From the NCBI GenBank assembly GCA_002633005.1, contig NMRA01000103.1, positions 775,612 to 839,611 of the forward strand: a stretch of DNA of 64,000 nt, in the 5' to 3' direction. Shown piece after piece: positions 1 through 25,334 of the stretch (positions are counted from its first letter, which is position 1; the number at the start of each line of letters is the position of its first letter). This DNA comes from Phoronis australis. Lineage: Eukaryota; Animalia; Phoronida. Below the pieces are notes generated by a model. It had not been told where the DNA came from. It did not search any database and saw only the letters and a list, made by a program, of their open reading frames with translations. A program made the position numbers and the translations under genes.

Positions 1-3000
1 TCCACCCCTCAATAGCTGTTGAAGTTTAATTTCCATGCAACGATACAAACAACCAGATGTTTCGCGCTATCATTGGTCAAGCGGTTACTGAGATCAGTTT
101 TGATGCGCTTCAGACAACTGAAACCTTGCTTACAATCTAAAACGCAAAGCAAAACAAAAGGAAACTTAAATGTACTGATAGATAAGATTCTAAATAACAT
201 AACTTTGCTTACAAAACATAATTTCAGATACAAGTATTGGCACCCAAAAACATTATCCAAGCAGCAACACTGTAATTCATGCGTATAACATTGATAATCA
301 GTAGGACACAACTGTTATTTTACCTGCAGTTGATGATGGAATAACTATTCCAACAGTTACCAATTTTGCCAGGTGAGGCAAAAAGGTTGGCACAGTAGAG
401 ATTTTTCTAAGATACTCCGTCAATTCGAGTTGTTCTCACCTAAGGAACAGTCTTTTCAGTGACTCAAATTCCAGTAGGCCTGCATCATAGTCAATGATTG
501 ACCTGCATGGCTGCATAATGCCCAAGAAGAACGGTTTGTTACTGCTCAAGTTAAGTTTCACAATCAACCCTGAAATCACTCTAATCAGAATATATCTTGG
601 AGTGGGATAGTATGATTATTTCTAGCAAATAACTGAATAACACTATATTGTTTACATCCAACTTCACGGAGTCGTAGTTGCTCGGCTGATGCTACGAGTT
701 TCCCGGTATATTCTTGCTGGTGAATATGCTGAACTGCTGGATTGTATCAGCGTCTGGGAACTGCCTCTTGATTTGTCCGCAAACTCTTGTAACGAATCGA
801 TTATCGATATGGAAATGAGTAGTTGGTATCTAAAATAAATTGAACTTATTTGAAAGAAATTTTACTTTGGGCAACAGTAAGTGACAAGGTACTCGGGTTT
901 GTTTTATATTGGTCTATGTCTCTCTCTGTGAAGTTTATATTAAACTCTTCATTTTTCAATCGATCTAGTACTTCAGACACCTAGCGGTACAAGGCACGAG
1001 GAACGTGCAACCTGGAATCCAGAACATGTAAGCAGGTCTACCTGAAGACCAGCACCACTGTACTGCAAAGATAATGCCTGAAACAGGCAAAGCACCACAC
1101 TAAATATCTAGTTGTTGGGTTAATTAAGATTGGACATGTCTCATTTTCAAGATTTTGACCTCAACTTTTATAACTTTTGAAAACCAATCTGAAGACATTT
1201 TAAGAGTGTTGCCGAATGAGGTAGCAGGTCACACATTGTGTACAGTATTGAAACAAATCACCAGTTTTCTACAGATAGGTTCAGTGCAGCTGCTTGTGGG
1301 TCATTCCTCTCCTGGGCCTCCCTTTGAAAGCTGATGATGAGAGCCGGTATGATCTCTTTGATGGTTGCACTGATTCCAACTCATGCTGAGTCAGCAAACA
1401 TGATTAGGCTGATTTGGTTTTAGTTGTTTTAATTGGAGTTTCCTGTACAAATATAAGTAAATTAGAATAAACATTCTATGTATTTTGCTTTATACAATGT
1501 CTTGACTTGAATACTTTTAAGTTTGAATTGACATTAAGGCAATCAAAATTGAGAAAATCACATTTGCAAGAGTATGTATCCATCTGACTATTCTGTTCAA
1601 TTATTTAAAATTTAATTGTAACAGTTGCAGACCTGAATGATTTTAAGTGCATTCACACCGGGCTGTTCTCATAGCACATAAACAAATGTTGCAATGTTGA
1701 ATTAAACCTCTTCAGATAAGGAATCTTGTTACACCCCTGTCCACTGGCCAGGCCAAGATGATGTGCCACACAGTGGTTGGCAATCAAAGCTGGAGATATG
1801 TGAAAGTGATGAATTCTTTAATTATTCACATTAAATTTTCACTTACTGGAAATTATTTTTTAAGTTACATAATTTGTTGAGGAAAAGATTAGGTTTGCAA
1901 AAAGATGATGTTATATTTCACACGAGTTGGAATGGCTTTACAATTCTTATCTTTTATGTCACCTCTTTGAGGTTTGTAACCAAACCGTTTCTCATTCTAA
2001 CCATGACTGCTGCACCATCGCTGCCAAAGCCCACAAGTTTTCCTGCCAACTCCACGTCAATGTTGTCAAACAGCCTGATGAGAGCCCGTGTGATGGTGTC
2101 TGCTATTCCGTCAACAACCTGAAATTTGCTGAGCATTGTAACATTTTAAATGTGACAGAGACTTTATAATGTGTTAGGCAGCGTTTTTTGTGTGTTTTCT
2201 CTGTTCCAACTAAAAGCCGTATTTGTGAACGTTGTTGTTTTAAATAAAATAATCTTTCTATTAGAATAAGATTTATATTGAACACATCAAAGTGATATTC
2301 ATAACTTACAGAACAGATCCATCCATTTCCGCAAGAGTAATTTTACTGCCGGAGAATCAGCCGTAACAATTATTAGAAAAATACTTTTGTAGAATGTAAA
2401 TTTGTTCGTTTTGTAATTGTTATCTTACCGGCTCGCGTAATATGTCTACGACTGGTAAGAATTAGAAAAAGAATATAGAATCTTGGGAGAAAACCAAAAC
2501 ATGTCTCATCTTGAAAAGAAATTCGGCCGAGACTCCTCATGAAAACCAAACACCGCATCAAATGCGATACACTAAAAGTTAACCAATAAGAATACGCCAC
2601 AAAGAAATGTTTATAAACGTCATACACCATTGTTGACATAAAGCTTAGGTAACAGCTGAAAACTTCAACAAAGTCCGAGTACTCCTGTTACGTAAATAAT
2701 GAAACAGAAGTACAATGAATTAAATTTTGTCTGCTAAAAAATCAAACACCAATCAAATTTTTTCTAGTATATTTTTGTTTACTTCCACAAACCAATGTCC
2801 AAGAACTTGACAGTTGAATAGGAAAACGAGAAATCACTTTAGGGTTCAGTTTAAAAAATCATAACACTACTTATTCTTTTTTGTTACCTCCATAATGTCT
2901 AAGAACATTGCAATTTGTTCACCGACTTTCATATACTTCATATATAGAATTAGCTGCTTGGATACTGAGACGTCGATGTTTTCGTCTATCGACACACTGA

Positions 3001-3560
3001 ATAAGCCTGCTTGCCTCAGGTCGGATATAATGTCGTCTCTCACAACAGAACATGTTAAAAATTTATCTTGTGCTCATGCATTTGTGCTAATCCATGTACT
3101 ATCCAGAGTATAAATGTACAGGTTCACTTACCGTTGTGATTTGCATTCTTAGTCACTTAATTACAAACGTATTTTTCAAGTAATACCTTTTGCTGCAACC
3201 ATCTCTTTCATGGTCCTTTCACTGCGATATCTGAAGCCGGACTTCTCCAGAATGACGGACAAGTAGGTACAACGAACATCTTCCAAGTGGTCAAGCAGTG
3301 GACTAAACTTAGTCTTATAGGGGATCTCTTGCTTCATCAGAAAATACATGTTCTTTAAATGCTTGCCTCTCCACTGTGATTGGTTGTTGCATAGCCTGCT
3401 CAATTCCCCTGTCCAACTCTCCCTGAAGGGCATTGCGCTCCATCTTCAGGGCAACCACGTGTGCTGCCGATAACTCGTGCTCACGCAACCTTGACTGTTG
3501 AAATGTGGTGCATGCAGTCTTGGTCTACACACCTTTCTTGTGCTGTCTGTACTTAACGCA
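1..3560 (-). pseudogene. Degenerate intron-containing hAT-superfamily transposase (ZNF862/KIAA1586-like)
   Basis: Minus-strand fragments occur in the expected order: zinc-finger-like QSRLREHELSAAH (~3460-3500), YFLMKQEIPYKTKFSPLLD (3176-3433 ORF), FSVSIDENIDVSVSKQLILY (~2940-3000), DGIADTI...LVGFGSDGAAVM (1963-2118), HCVAHHLGLA (~1745-1780), IPALIISFQREAQER...MCDLLPH (~1210-1360), QFPDADTIQQFSIF (~720-770) and the dimerisation motif STA|DCKQGFSCLKRIKTDLSNRL. GT-AG introns at 137-323 and 2119-2887 join motifs in frame. Several stops and frameshifts; TIRs not identified. Confidence 0.85.
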
Positions 3561-5899
3561 CAAATTGCAAGACATCCTTAGACGTTAAAAAGAAATAAAA
3601 AATGTTCGCACGCTCGATAGAGAGGTCTTGGGAGCGTCTTGTGATTAACAATCCATGTTTAATGTCGCTTGCTGATTGACGTTACGGGAACAGAATTTTA
3701 TTGACAAGAATCTTAAATGACTTGTAATTTTCCTAAGCAACATTCATGCATGAATGGATTCACCGGAGACAGCCCAAGAGTTATTGTCTCTGCGGTGAAG
3801 GATGTTACAGGTGTGCCTCCGATGATTTGCCAGCAGTCACTGGTACGGTGCGTAGCTATAGATGCTCTGCAGCTGGGTTTAAGTTCTTTTACTGGCCTAA
3901 CTATATCCCCAATTCCCGTACCGGGAAAAATTTCAAAAAGACGTTGACTTGTTTGCGTCAGATGTGATGTGCCACATCGGTGTTGGAAGTGCGCCATATG
4001 TTACGTTGATTTCCTTTATTGGATTTCAGAGGATGGTTCATAGATCGCAATGCAGGCATCCAGGGGAGGCTTGAATGTACTTCTGACTGTAGAGTCATCA
4101 AAGTTAAATAAGCTAAACTAAGTGGTGGCGTCCTTCAAGCTTTAAGTGGCTTGAGTAACTCTCTGTTCACCTAGAAAAAATTCTCGAGGTGTGACTTGTC
4201 AAATTACCAAAAAACATGGCAGTTTAATTGGATTAACAGATGAAAAAACTTTAAGCTTTCTAAACAACCCACATATGGGTCACATATGTTATTAAGTGTA
4301 GGACCAACTATCTACAAGTTACAAAAGACAGTAAAACGCATGTTTATCTTATTTACTGTGGCTCAGATGAAATTGATAGAGCTTGTACTATATTGCCTTT
4401 AACAATTGAACGCGGTATGGTTTACAGGCATATCAGTAGATAGACTAGAAGAATGTTACAAGGTACGCATCAGTGATCTAACCCAACACAAAAGTTAATG
4501 CAACAATGTTCACATTTACTTACTGTAAATTGTGCTGTCACTGTACAAAAGTCAACCATCAGGACATTTAGTGAATGCCAAGTAACACGCTCACACCCTA
4601 CACGACAATAATTTGCTGTATAGCCGTAATCTAAACAGGAAACGTTGCAAATTTACTGTCTAACACAAAGCGGAGCGCGCAAGATGAATCCACGGCACAA
4701 ATATGCAGACTATGTTTACAATGGGAGTTACATTAACTTTAAAAGTGAATCTTAATTAAAGTGGCTTTGTTAACACATCTGTACACCAGAGCTCTTGCTT
4801 TCTGAAGCCATACCTTGGTACTGACACAACCAATCTAGGACTGCGTCGGGATCACGTGCCCTTCAGTTCCACAACAGTACTGTCCAGTTTATAAATGTGA
4901 CTTGAATTCAATTTCTTGGCATGTCATACCTCTTGTACCCATGCAATCTGCTGAAAGCCGTGCGTTCTCTTCTGTTTCCATACTGTTGTTAACATTTATA
5001 CAGTTATGTACCTTGTTAATTTTTTCTTGTCTGGTTCTTGGGTGCGTCTGACCCGACATTCGTGAAAATATACACATCAAATTAGCACATAGTTGGGCCC
5101 ACATGCAAGGCCTGCGCATGTCTGGTACAATGTGTATCTGACCGCCTGCAATTATATTATAGCACATAGTTGACTCCTATTCTTACAAAAAAACCCAGTA
5201 TTGGTTTTTAAAAAGCCTCTAGCACACAGCATTGTCATTCTTGATAACATCCAGATATGACAACTGGATACATGAGGTTAGTTCATAGTCATCACTCTAC
5301 AGAGTTGATGAAGTTGATGAGTCTGTTATCCGATGTTCTTGCGCCGTGTGAGTATTTTCATGAGATCGGACATACCACATACCCCATTTCTTTAACTGAG
5401 TCTAATATTCTTAGAAATACAATGACATTGAAAAGTGGACACTTTATGTCAGTGGCAGCAGCAAGTCCCACATTTAAACTGGTTAAAAACATCGAACTCA
5501 TTCTTTAAAAGAATTAGAAATCTGTTTAACTATTAACAATTAATTACTTAAATTAACGAGAGCAATTCATGACTGAAGTGCACGACCTCTGTTTTTTATA
5601 GAAACGGTGTGACAAATCGATTGTTGTTTACTTCGAATGGGATTTTTGTTTTAAATTCTTATATTTACTGTGGTGTTGAACACGTCTCTGGTCTCGTTGA
5701 GTTTCTGAAGATGGATGTTGGAACAGTGGATGTCAGATCAGTGGATGTGTTTGTTGAGTTGTCTGCGGAGTCAAATAACTGAGAGCCCGGTGTTAGAGCA
5801 GGAGTCTGATTAAAGAGACTATTACGCCTGTAAAGCTTGAAGTTAAAGCAGGTGATATGCTGAGCTTAGCAGACTTGTTCACCAGAGATCTTGATAGGC

Positions 5900-8322
5900 T
5901 AAGAACTGTGCAAGTGTTACACTGCTCATCCATGTCAGCTGTGATGTAATTGTTCAGGTTTTGAATATTTCTGTGCCTGGTCAATTGCACTGTATTATAA
6001 GGGTGAATCTCTGTAGTCTATCACACAATGCATACACTGGTGTCTTCTTACCACCTGTCTTGGCTTTTTGACAGATGGTTTTCATGACGTGGCCATGAGT
6101 GTGAACACCCAGTGACTGAGCCTTATATGCAAATATAGTATTAAATTCCAACTGTAGGTCATATTGTATACTAAATATGTGAAGAGCTACCGTGTTTGAG
6201 GGGCTTCTTAACCATGATGTGCAACCAGCACTGTAAAAATATTCTTGGGCAAACGAACTAGGTGTTAAAATATTCTTAAGAAATTGTTCATGAATTGATT
6301 ACGAGGCACGTCTGAAGAAATGAAGAACTGGTGTTGCCAAAAAAATTTACGCAAAATCCAAAATGGTAGTTTTCCCCTTTTGAGTAATGCCGCTGGTGTC
6401 GTCAGTCATGTGCACTTTACCATCATTCAGGGTGATGCCTGGAAAGAGTTCTTCATTCTTATTGTACTCTTCACAGCTCTGTTGCTGTGACCATCGTGAA
6501 TTTGTTAGTATCTTGAAAACTGGTTCTCCCGGTGACCTTTAGCTTAACAGAAAGAGAAAATGACATGGAACCAGGTCAAGTGAGTAGAAAGATTGCTCAA
6601 GCTTGGTAGTGTTCCTCTAGCCAGAAACTGTCTGATGGTCATGGCATTGGGAGTTGGGATGTTGATGTGATGAAGCAGTTTCTAGCTGGTATACAACTGG
6701 TGTAACTTCTTCTAATGCATTGAATTGAAACGATGTGACTGGAGAGGTGTCCTGTTTGACTGAATTTTCTGTTGGCATGGACTCACAGTGTATGAAACCT
6801 CTTGCACAAAAGATCACTATCAACTTAAACTTGATACTATCATGGCCTCTGTGACATTGATTTCTTTCACTAGGACTTGGGTGTCTGGAGAGTGCTCCAA
6901 GTTGACAAATTTGTCACTGAGGATAAATCTCTCAAACCAGTCTGGTTCAGTTGTGAAGACAGTAGAGAATGTCCTGGCAACCTTGCATAAGCTGTGCTCA
7001 CTGGTCAGCTATAGCAACACAAGTATACACCTCTGGTCATCATTTGTCAACTTCAGTAGCATCTTCGATAATCTTCCTAATGTACCAAGTCATGGTTTTC
7101 TTTTCCGTGATTATTGAAACTGAGCTGTGCCTCACTGACTTGATTGCCGTCCTTTTTGCTCTGTGAGAATCTTCTGGTCATGGGCGGGTGAGGGGGGGAG
7201 AGGTCATCTTCCGCATTCCTGCATTCATCTTTGAACCTTTCGCACCACTTGAAAACCAGTGAAATGGTATCCAATATTTCCAAGCCACTCTTGATACAAA
7301 ATATTTGACTGCTTTGTTCCACCTGCTAGATAAGCTGAAATGGAAGACCCATTGATTCAATCGCACAGTAGAAGTTCTATGAGGTTGCAGCTCCGCGGAT
7401 GTTACATCCGACGTGGTGTATCCTCAGGTCGTAGTTTACACATCACTTTTAGTTCTGCTACTTTTCCGACCTGCCTCGTAGTTAAAATTTATCGTTTAGT
7501 TTATACACTGAAACAAACCATTGTCTTGACAACTTCATGTTCCAGTTAATAGAGATAGAAGTTGCTGTGTGAAATGTTAGAGATGAGATTCATGTGTTCG
7601 AATTCTTGGGGATAAAACACTTGACAATAATTATGAATTACTGAGGACAGCGACGACCTCTGAGGTGGTGTTTGGGCAATGTGAATTATATTGTCACGAG
7701 TAACAACTATTGGATGATGGGACTTATTTCATAATATAACACTTGAAACGCTTTGTCACTTTTATTTTCTTCCTGTGTTTGCAAACTTCAAGAACCCAGT
7801 TTCAAGATCTTCATTTGGAGTATGTGAATAGTAAATTCTTGCTAACTTCTTGCTTAATTAAGAATTCTTTCATCAATTCAAATTTTCTATGCCTATTGTG
7901 TATCTCTAATAGTTTGCACACCTGTACAGCTGGTGTTTACCTTAGATCTTCCTCATCCTACAAGTCCATCAAGCTTTCTGTCAGTTCGTTAACAGATGAT
8001 ACATAGAAATGTATCCTGTAGTTTCAAAAAACGATTTCACTTTTCTGTACATTCTTCACTACTCGAGTGAGAATGAGGACCTGGTGTGAAGTCAGAAGAG
8101 CGGTTTACTAGTTTCAGCCACATTTGTGGGAAAAATCCCATCTGGGTTAATTCTTGCTTGAAGATGTAGAATAGCCAGACTCTTGAAAAATTGGACTGCC
8201 TTTGTTGACAGGGAACCGACTGAGTGTGCATCTCTTGTTTTATAGATTACTAGAAACTGTAGCATTTGAAACCTTAGCATAACGATGATTTTATTATGCT
8301 CATACAGTGTTAGTTTACCCAA
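5900..8322 (-). mobile_element. Highly degenerate Tc1/IS630-like transposase relic, interrupted by a mariner element
   Basis: N-terminus-like MGKLTLYEHNKIIVML (from 8322). CKLLEIHNRHRKFELMKEFLIKQEVSKNLLFTYS (~7820-7920) resembles the segment ending at the first catalytic Asp (IFTDE). Beyond the mariner, HIMVKKPLKHGS (~6185-6220) resembles QDNDPKHTS and RNIQNLNNYITADMDEQ (~5920-5970) resembles the C-terminal helix. Similarity judged by eye. Confidence 0.45.
6300..7480 (-). mobile_element. Mariner-family DNA transposon, degenerate, both TIRs present
   Basis: Left end TACGAGGCACGTCTGAAGAAA (6300) matches the reverse complement of the right end, TACGAGGCAGGTCGGAAAAGT (to 7480), with TA at both termini. 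Internal minus-strand remnants: MEQSSQIFCIKSG...VFKWCERFKDECRNAEDD (HTH region), TTEPDWFERFILSDK (the GDE region) and MIVIFCARGFIHCESMPTENSVKQ. Frameshifted. Confidence 0.85.
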
Positions 8323-8929
8323 AATGCTTCAGCGGTACAAAGCTTAGATTGCTGTCTTCTTTTTCGATATTGTAAATTAATATCTTGCAAAGGGCTCAAA
8401 ATTGTTGTTTGTATATTGTAATTGTTGTGTATCGAATGTACGGTAGGGTAAAAATTCTCCAGTTTGGGACGGAAAATTTTATTTTGGTCACGGTGAGAGC
8501 TTATGCCAAATTTTAGAACTGGACAATAATAGCCATCTGAAATTCAAGAATTGAGATCAATGCCAAAGGATTGTTCACCTAGATATACATTATGGGGACG
8601 TATGACGTCTCAGCGGCTGTTCTCTAAATTGCCCATATCCCAAACTTCTGAAACAAGAAAGTCCGGCATTTGGCTTGAAATTTGTTGCAACAAATTTTAG
8701 TGACTTTAACTGGAGAATTTTTGCATATTTGTATGCATCAGTGACTCTCAGATGTGTTTTTTGATAATTCTTGTGCTTCACAAGATTTTGCTGACAGTTG
8801 CCCGTGTGCTCCATTGTTCTCAGTACTGGAGACTTTGTGACAACAAAAACAGTCTGAAATTCATCTGATGCATTAGTGATCAGCGTAGGTTTTGAGCCCT
8901 TTTTGCAAGTCCTGCTAAATCTTTTACAG

Positions 8930-21241
<12,312 letters not shown>

Positions 21242-22907
21242 TAGCAGCAAATTCTATAGATTTCAATTAACTAGTCACATGACTCTGGATACTCCTGCTG
21301 CCACCTGGTGTTTCATCGAGGTGTTTGGACACTACAGTGGGTGGCATGGATGCACTCATTTGGTTTTGTAAAAAATTGGTGCTCTTTGGGGACATATTTC
21401 ATCTAGTTTGTACAGAAGTGAAGTTTGCCTTTGTATATGAGAGGGCAATGGTGGTTATTGGTTTTATGTGGTCTAGTGTATATGATGTAAGAAAACTTTC
21501 TAGTTTGAAGTGTTGGGCACAGCCCTGTGAAGCCAACGATCAAGATTTCGTGTTCACATGGGAAGTTCATGACATGTGCAATATTCTAGTTCTGTGTGAG
21601 ACAAATTTGGTTGTCATGGATACTGATTCCTTGTAGAAAATAAGATTGTTCTTGATTACATCTTCAGGTTTGTTGGCGTTCTCTTAAAATCTATTGTAAA
21701 TTCTGTAATGAATGGATATAGAGACATTTCTCCCTCAATTCACCATCCTGGCTTTGCCATCCAATCACCTTCAGTAGGGCCATTTTGCTAGTGTACACTA
21801 CAAAAAGTTGAGAACTTTGAGCGAAAACATTGCAAGGTCTTGCAGGATCAGTACTGTTGTCCCACATAATCCTGCCGAGCTAGAGTGTTGTGTTATTTCC
21901 CAAAGCCACGTTTTGATAAATACTGGCCTCTTTTGTGGATTCTACAACTTACACGGTAGGTTTCCTTCTGTCTAATTTTCCACTTGTGGTTATGTTGAAT
22001 TTGCTTCAATGTGTTATAATACTCAGACTAGCGCAGTATGGCACAGTGTCTTCAATGCACCGATAGCTGTAATCATGACGGGATAATGTAATGGTGTTTG
22101 GGTTGATGGTCTCGCTCACTCACGAACTGTTGAGAAGGTCTCATTAGTGTTCCTTTGTCACGAGCACAATTCTTTACTGACAAACTCCAGATTTGGGCAC
22201 CACAATCATTTTCTTATGAATAGCATTTGTTTCCAGTAAACTGCTGCTGGAACTAAGTTACAGTGGAAAGACAGGTTTGATTTATTGCAGCGAGGGCGTA
22301 CTTGGTCATACTGCCTGTCAGAGTGTAGAGTACTGTGCTTCAGGACAAATTATAGCTTTTTTGAATAAAACTGTGGTGTGTGGGATAGGTTTGGCGAGAA
22401 TGTCCATGATATTCTTAAACGAGGTGATGCAAAGTTCACATTTGATACCTGTTAGTACAAATCTGTTCTACTCTGTTTCCATGTAATTGTGCTGTTCTGT
22501 GAAAAGATTCGTTTATTACATGTGGGATTTAGAAGACTGTTATCATGCAACGAGGAAGCAAACACTGCGCAAGTTCGTACGGAAATTCCCTTTCTAGGGT
22601 GTTAGATCACTCTGTGAGGATTTTTCCGTAAACTGGCCTCGGTGTCCAAGATTTATTTGTATAAACTATGGTCTGACGTTGATGGGAGTAATGAAATAAT
22701 CATATCAAGGTTGAGGTTTTGTAAGACGTTTTACATGGTGCTGTGTATTTTACTAAGAATGCCATATTTTACTATAATATTTATCTGGATTGGGGTGGGT
22801 GTATTATTGTAATGAAATGAATTAGAATCCTGGAAGATGTTAATAGAACACAGGATTACATCGGTTTTCCTATCTGGTACAATTGGTTTTTTGTTCTGTT
22901 AATGTTG

Positions 22908-22913
22908 AATAAA
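22908..22913 (+). promoter_or_regulatory. Candidate MASTL polyadenylation signal
   Basis: AATAAA about 1.67 kb after the stop, followed by GT/T-rich sequence. An alternative AATAAA lies at 22364. Confidence 0.4.
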
Positions 22914-23461
22914 GGATACGTTGTTTCTAATGAATTAACTTTTTCATTTTTTGTTGTATAATTTCATTGTACATGGTTTTGCTGGTACCCAACGGTTGAT
23001 GCATGTAAGTGAAATCAAGGAAAGGATCGGTGATTATGCTTTGACTTTCTCTGGAACTAAATGTGCTTCGTCTTCTTTGACGAGTTGAAGGTGAAGTATA
23101 GAATGGCAGATTTACTGGGAAAACTGAACTGTGGAATCGATTTATTTCTACTAACAGTATTGTTGTCTCCTCTAAAAGCTTATTCAGGTAAGTAGCCATG
23201 TTCTGATTTAGTGGCGACTATGAAATAAGCTGTTGATGTATGGAGAAAGAATGTTCGATAAATGCTTAGTGACATCTGAAGTTCACCAGTGACTTGGATA
23301 GCTTTGATCTCAAATTCTTTTCGTTCGTCACTGGGGTGAGACAAAATTTTTTAGTGGTGTCACACTGCCTAAGTATTGTTGGGTGTTAGCTGCCGAAAGC
23401 TTACCATAAATCATAAATATACAAATGGAGATTGCCTGTTGTATGTATAGCAGAACGACCA

Positions 23462-24626
23462 TTTTATTATGCACCCAAATATTTGTACGTGGACACATTA
23501 TGGCGTCATCTTCGTCCATTCATCGTCCTCTGCTCTATCTCCAAACTCGTTTGGCGTATGCTCATACTTTCGGACAGACCTGACTACTGGTGTGCCCCCT
23601 AGTTGCAATTTTAGTTTTCACGTTAACTTCTGTGTCTTCAAAAGTCCTCAATGTATTTTTATAAAATTTGGCTATTAGGCATCTATTAGTAAGATGACGC
23701 TATCCTTCTGTTTTCAGTTGGATTTGATGTAGTTTGCGCCACCTAGTGGCCATTTTTACTATTTTCGAGTCTCGTGTTGTGACATCCACCAAACCGCTCC
23801 GAGGATGATTGTGAAAATTGGCGTGTATGTTCTTATGAAGAGGATGACTCCTGATGATTTTCCGACTAATTTAACCACTTTGGCACCTCCTAGTTGTAAT
23901 TTTGTTTTTTTTTGCGCTCATGGTTGTATCTCCTAAACTGTTTGCAGGATCTTTACAAATTTCAATAAGTGTATTTGTATGATGGTGGCAACAGACGACG
24001 ACTTTCGGGCGAATTTGACCACCTGTGTGCTCCCTATTGGCAATTTTATTTTTTTATGTTTACCTCAAACGGATTTACATAGAATTTGTTATATAAGAAT
24101 CTATTGGCAAGATGATGCCATTTTCGGATGGAATTGAGGTATTGCACTACCAAGTGGTCATTTTTGCTGTTTTCGAGTTTGGCATCGACCCCTCTGTCAA
24201 ACAAACCATTTTAAGGATGATGGTGACTGACTACTGTAGTGCCTCCTAGTGGTAGTTTTGTTTTGCGCACATAACTATCTCCTAAGCCCACTGCAGGATT
24301 TTTATTAAATTTACTACGTGTATTTATATGTGAAAAACAACAGACGATGACTTTCAGGTGTCTCCAACGAACGCTCTGCCCCCTAGCGGCAATTTTATTT
24401 TTTTCCGTTTTCCTTTGTATCTCTAATCCCTTTGAGATTTTTTAAATGAAATTTTGTAAATAGCTAGCTTTCTATTAAAGAAGCGATGGCATGTTCCTGT
24501 TTTTGGATGGATTGGACGTTTTTGCCCCATTTAGTGGCCATTTTATGACACAAATAAATTACCACAGAAGCACCCTGTTTACGGTGCACTTGTGGGCGCA
24601 CTTCGACGCTCTGCGTTGCTCTTGTT
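23462..24626 (+). mobile_element. Helentron-associated non-autonomous element (HINE/pearl/DINE-1-like), copy 1, with internal subrepeats
   Basis: 5' T-run plus subTIR atgcaccca; a degenerate cgtcc stretch; eight diverged subrepeats; 3' subTIR tgtgggcgca, hairpin cgacgc-tct-gcgttg and terminal ctcttgtt. Homologous to 53538-54804 in inverted orientation. Confidence 0.75.
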
Positions 24627-25101
24627 GTGTGGAACTGAGTGTTGTGGTCGTGGCAAGCCAGTGGGCTAAAAATCTCTTAACTTTGAAACCGTCTGGTCCA
24701 TTTTGATGTAATAGCACTAAATTGCTTACATTTTTCCTATTCTTTTCAATGATATCACTTTTGGAATAATTTTAAATTAAAATGAAAATCCTCTCATCTC
24801 AATTTAAGTATTCCGCTATGCATATTTTTGTTTTATTTGTAGGTATTTTGCGTTTAATATACTAAGGTCTCTCATCTGCCTACGATTCCACAACCATATC
24901 TCTAAATTTCAACTTCGATCTCCAAAACTCCAGTCCCATACCCGCAAACACAGATCCTGCAGAACAAATGGACTAATGCTGGCAATATTCTATACCTAGT
25001 GGCCAAACCCCAGGTCCAACATCAGGGCTGTGGCTATGGCATTGTTTCCATACCCTAACTAAGCACTGAAAATCTTAAAAATCACAGATGGTTGAAAATA
25101 A

Positions 25102-25107
25102 TTTATT
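25102..25107 (-). promoter_or_regulatory. Candidate polyadenylation signal of the MAM-LDLa gene
   Basis: tttatt on + (AATAAA on -), about 230 bp after the TAA at 25335-25337. Confidence 0.5.
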
Positions 25108-25334
25108 TCATAGTTGACAATCATAAAACATTGATATGTAAATAAGCAGTATAACAATAATGCAGTCTCTGAACACATGGAACATGTAAATACATCCGAG
25201 ATGTATTATGCTTTGAGCAACATACAAAAATAGAAATTGAACAATTTGCAGTACATAATAAGTGTATGATAATACTTGTTAAATTTAAAGTATGCTTGTA
25301 ACCAAGTCTAGTTCTTCATTATGCTGTTTCTTCA

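Noticed and set aside
21242-22913. Cytoplasmic polyadenylation elements in the MASTL 3' UTR
   Set aside because: Only isolated TTTTAT-like words, as expected by chance in AT-rich sequence, and none convincingly placed near the hexamer.
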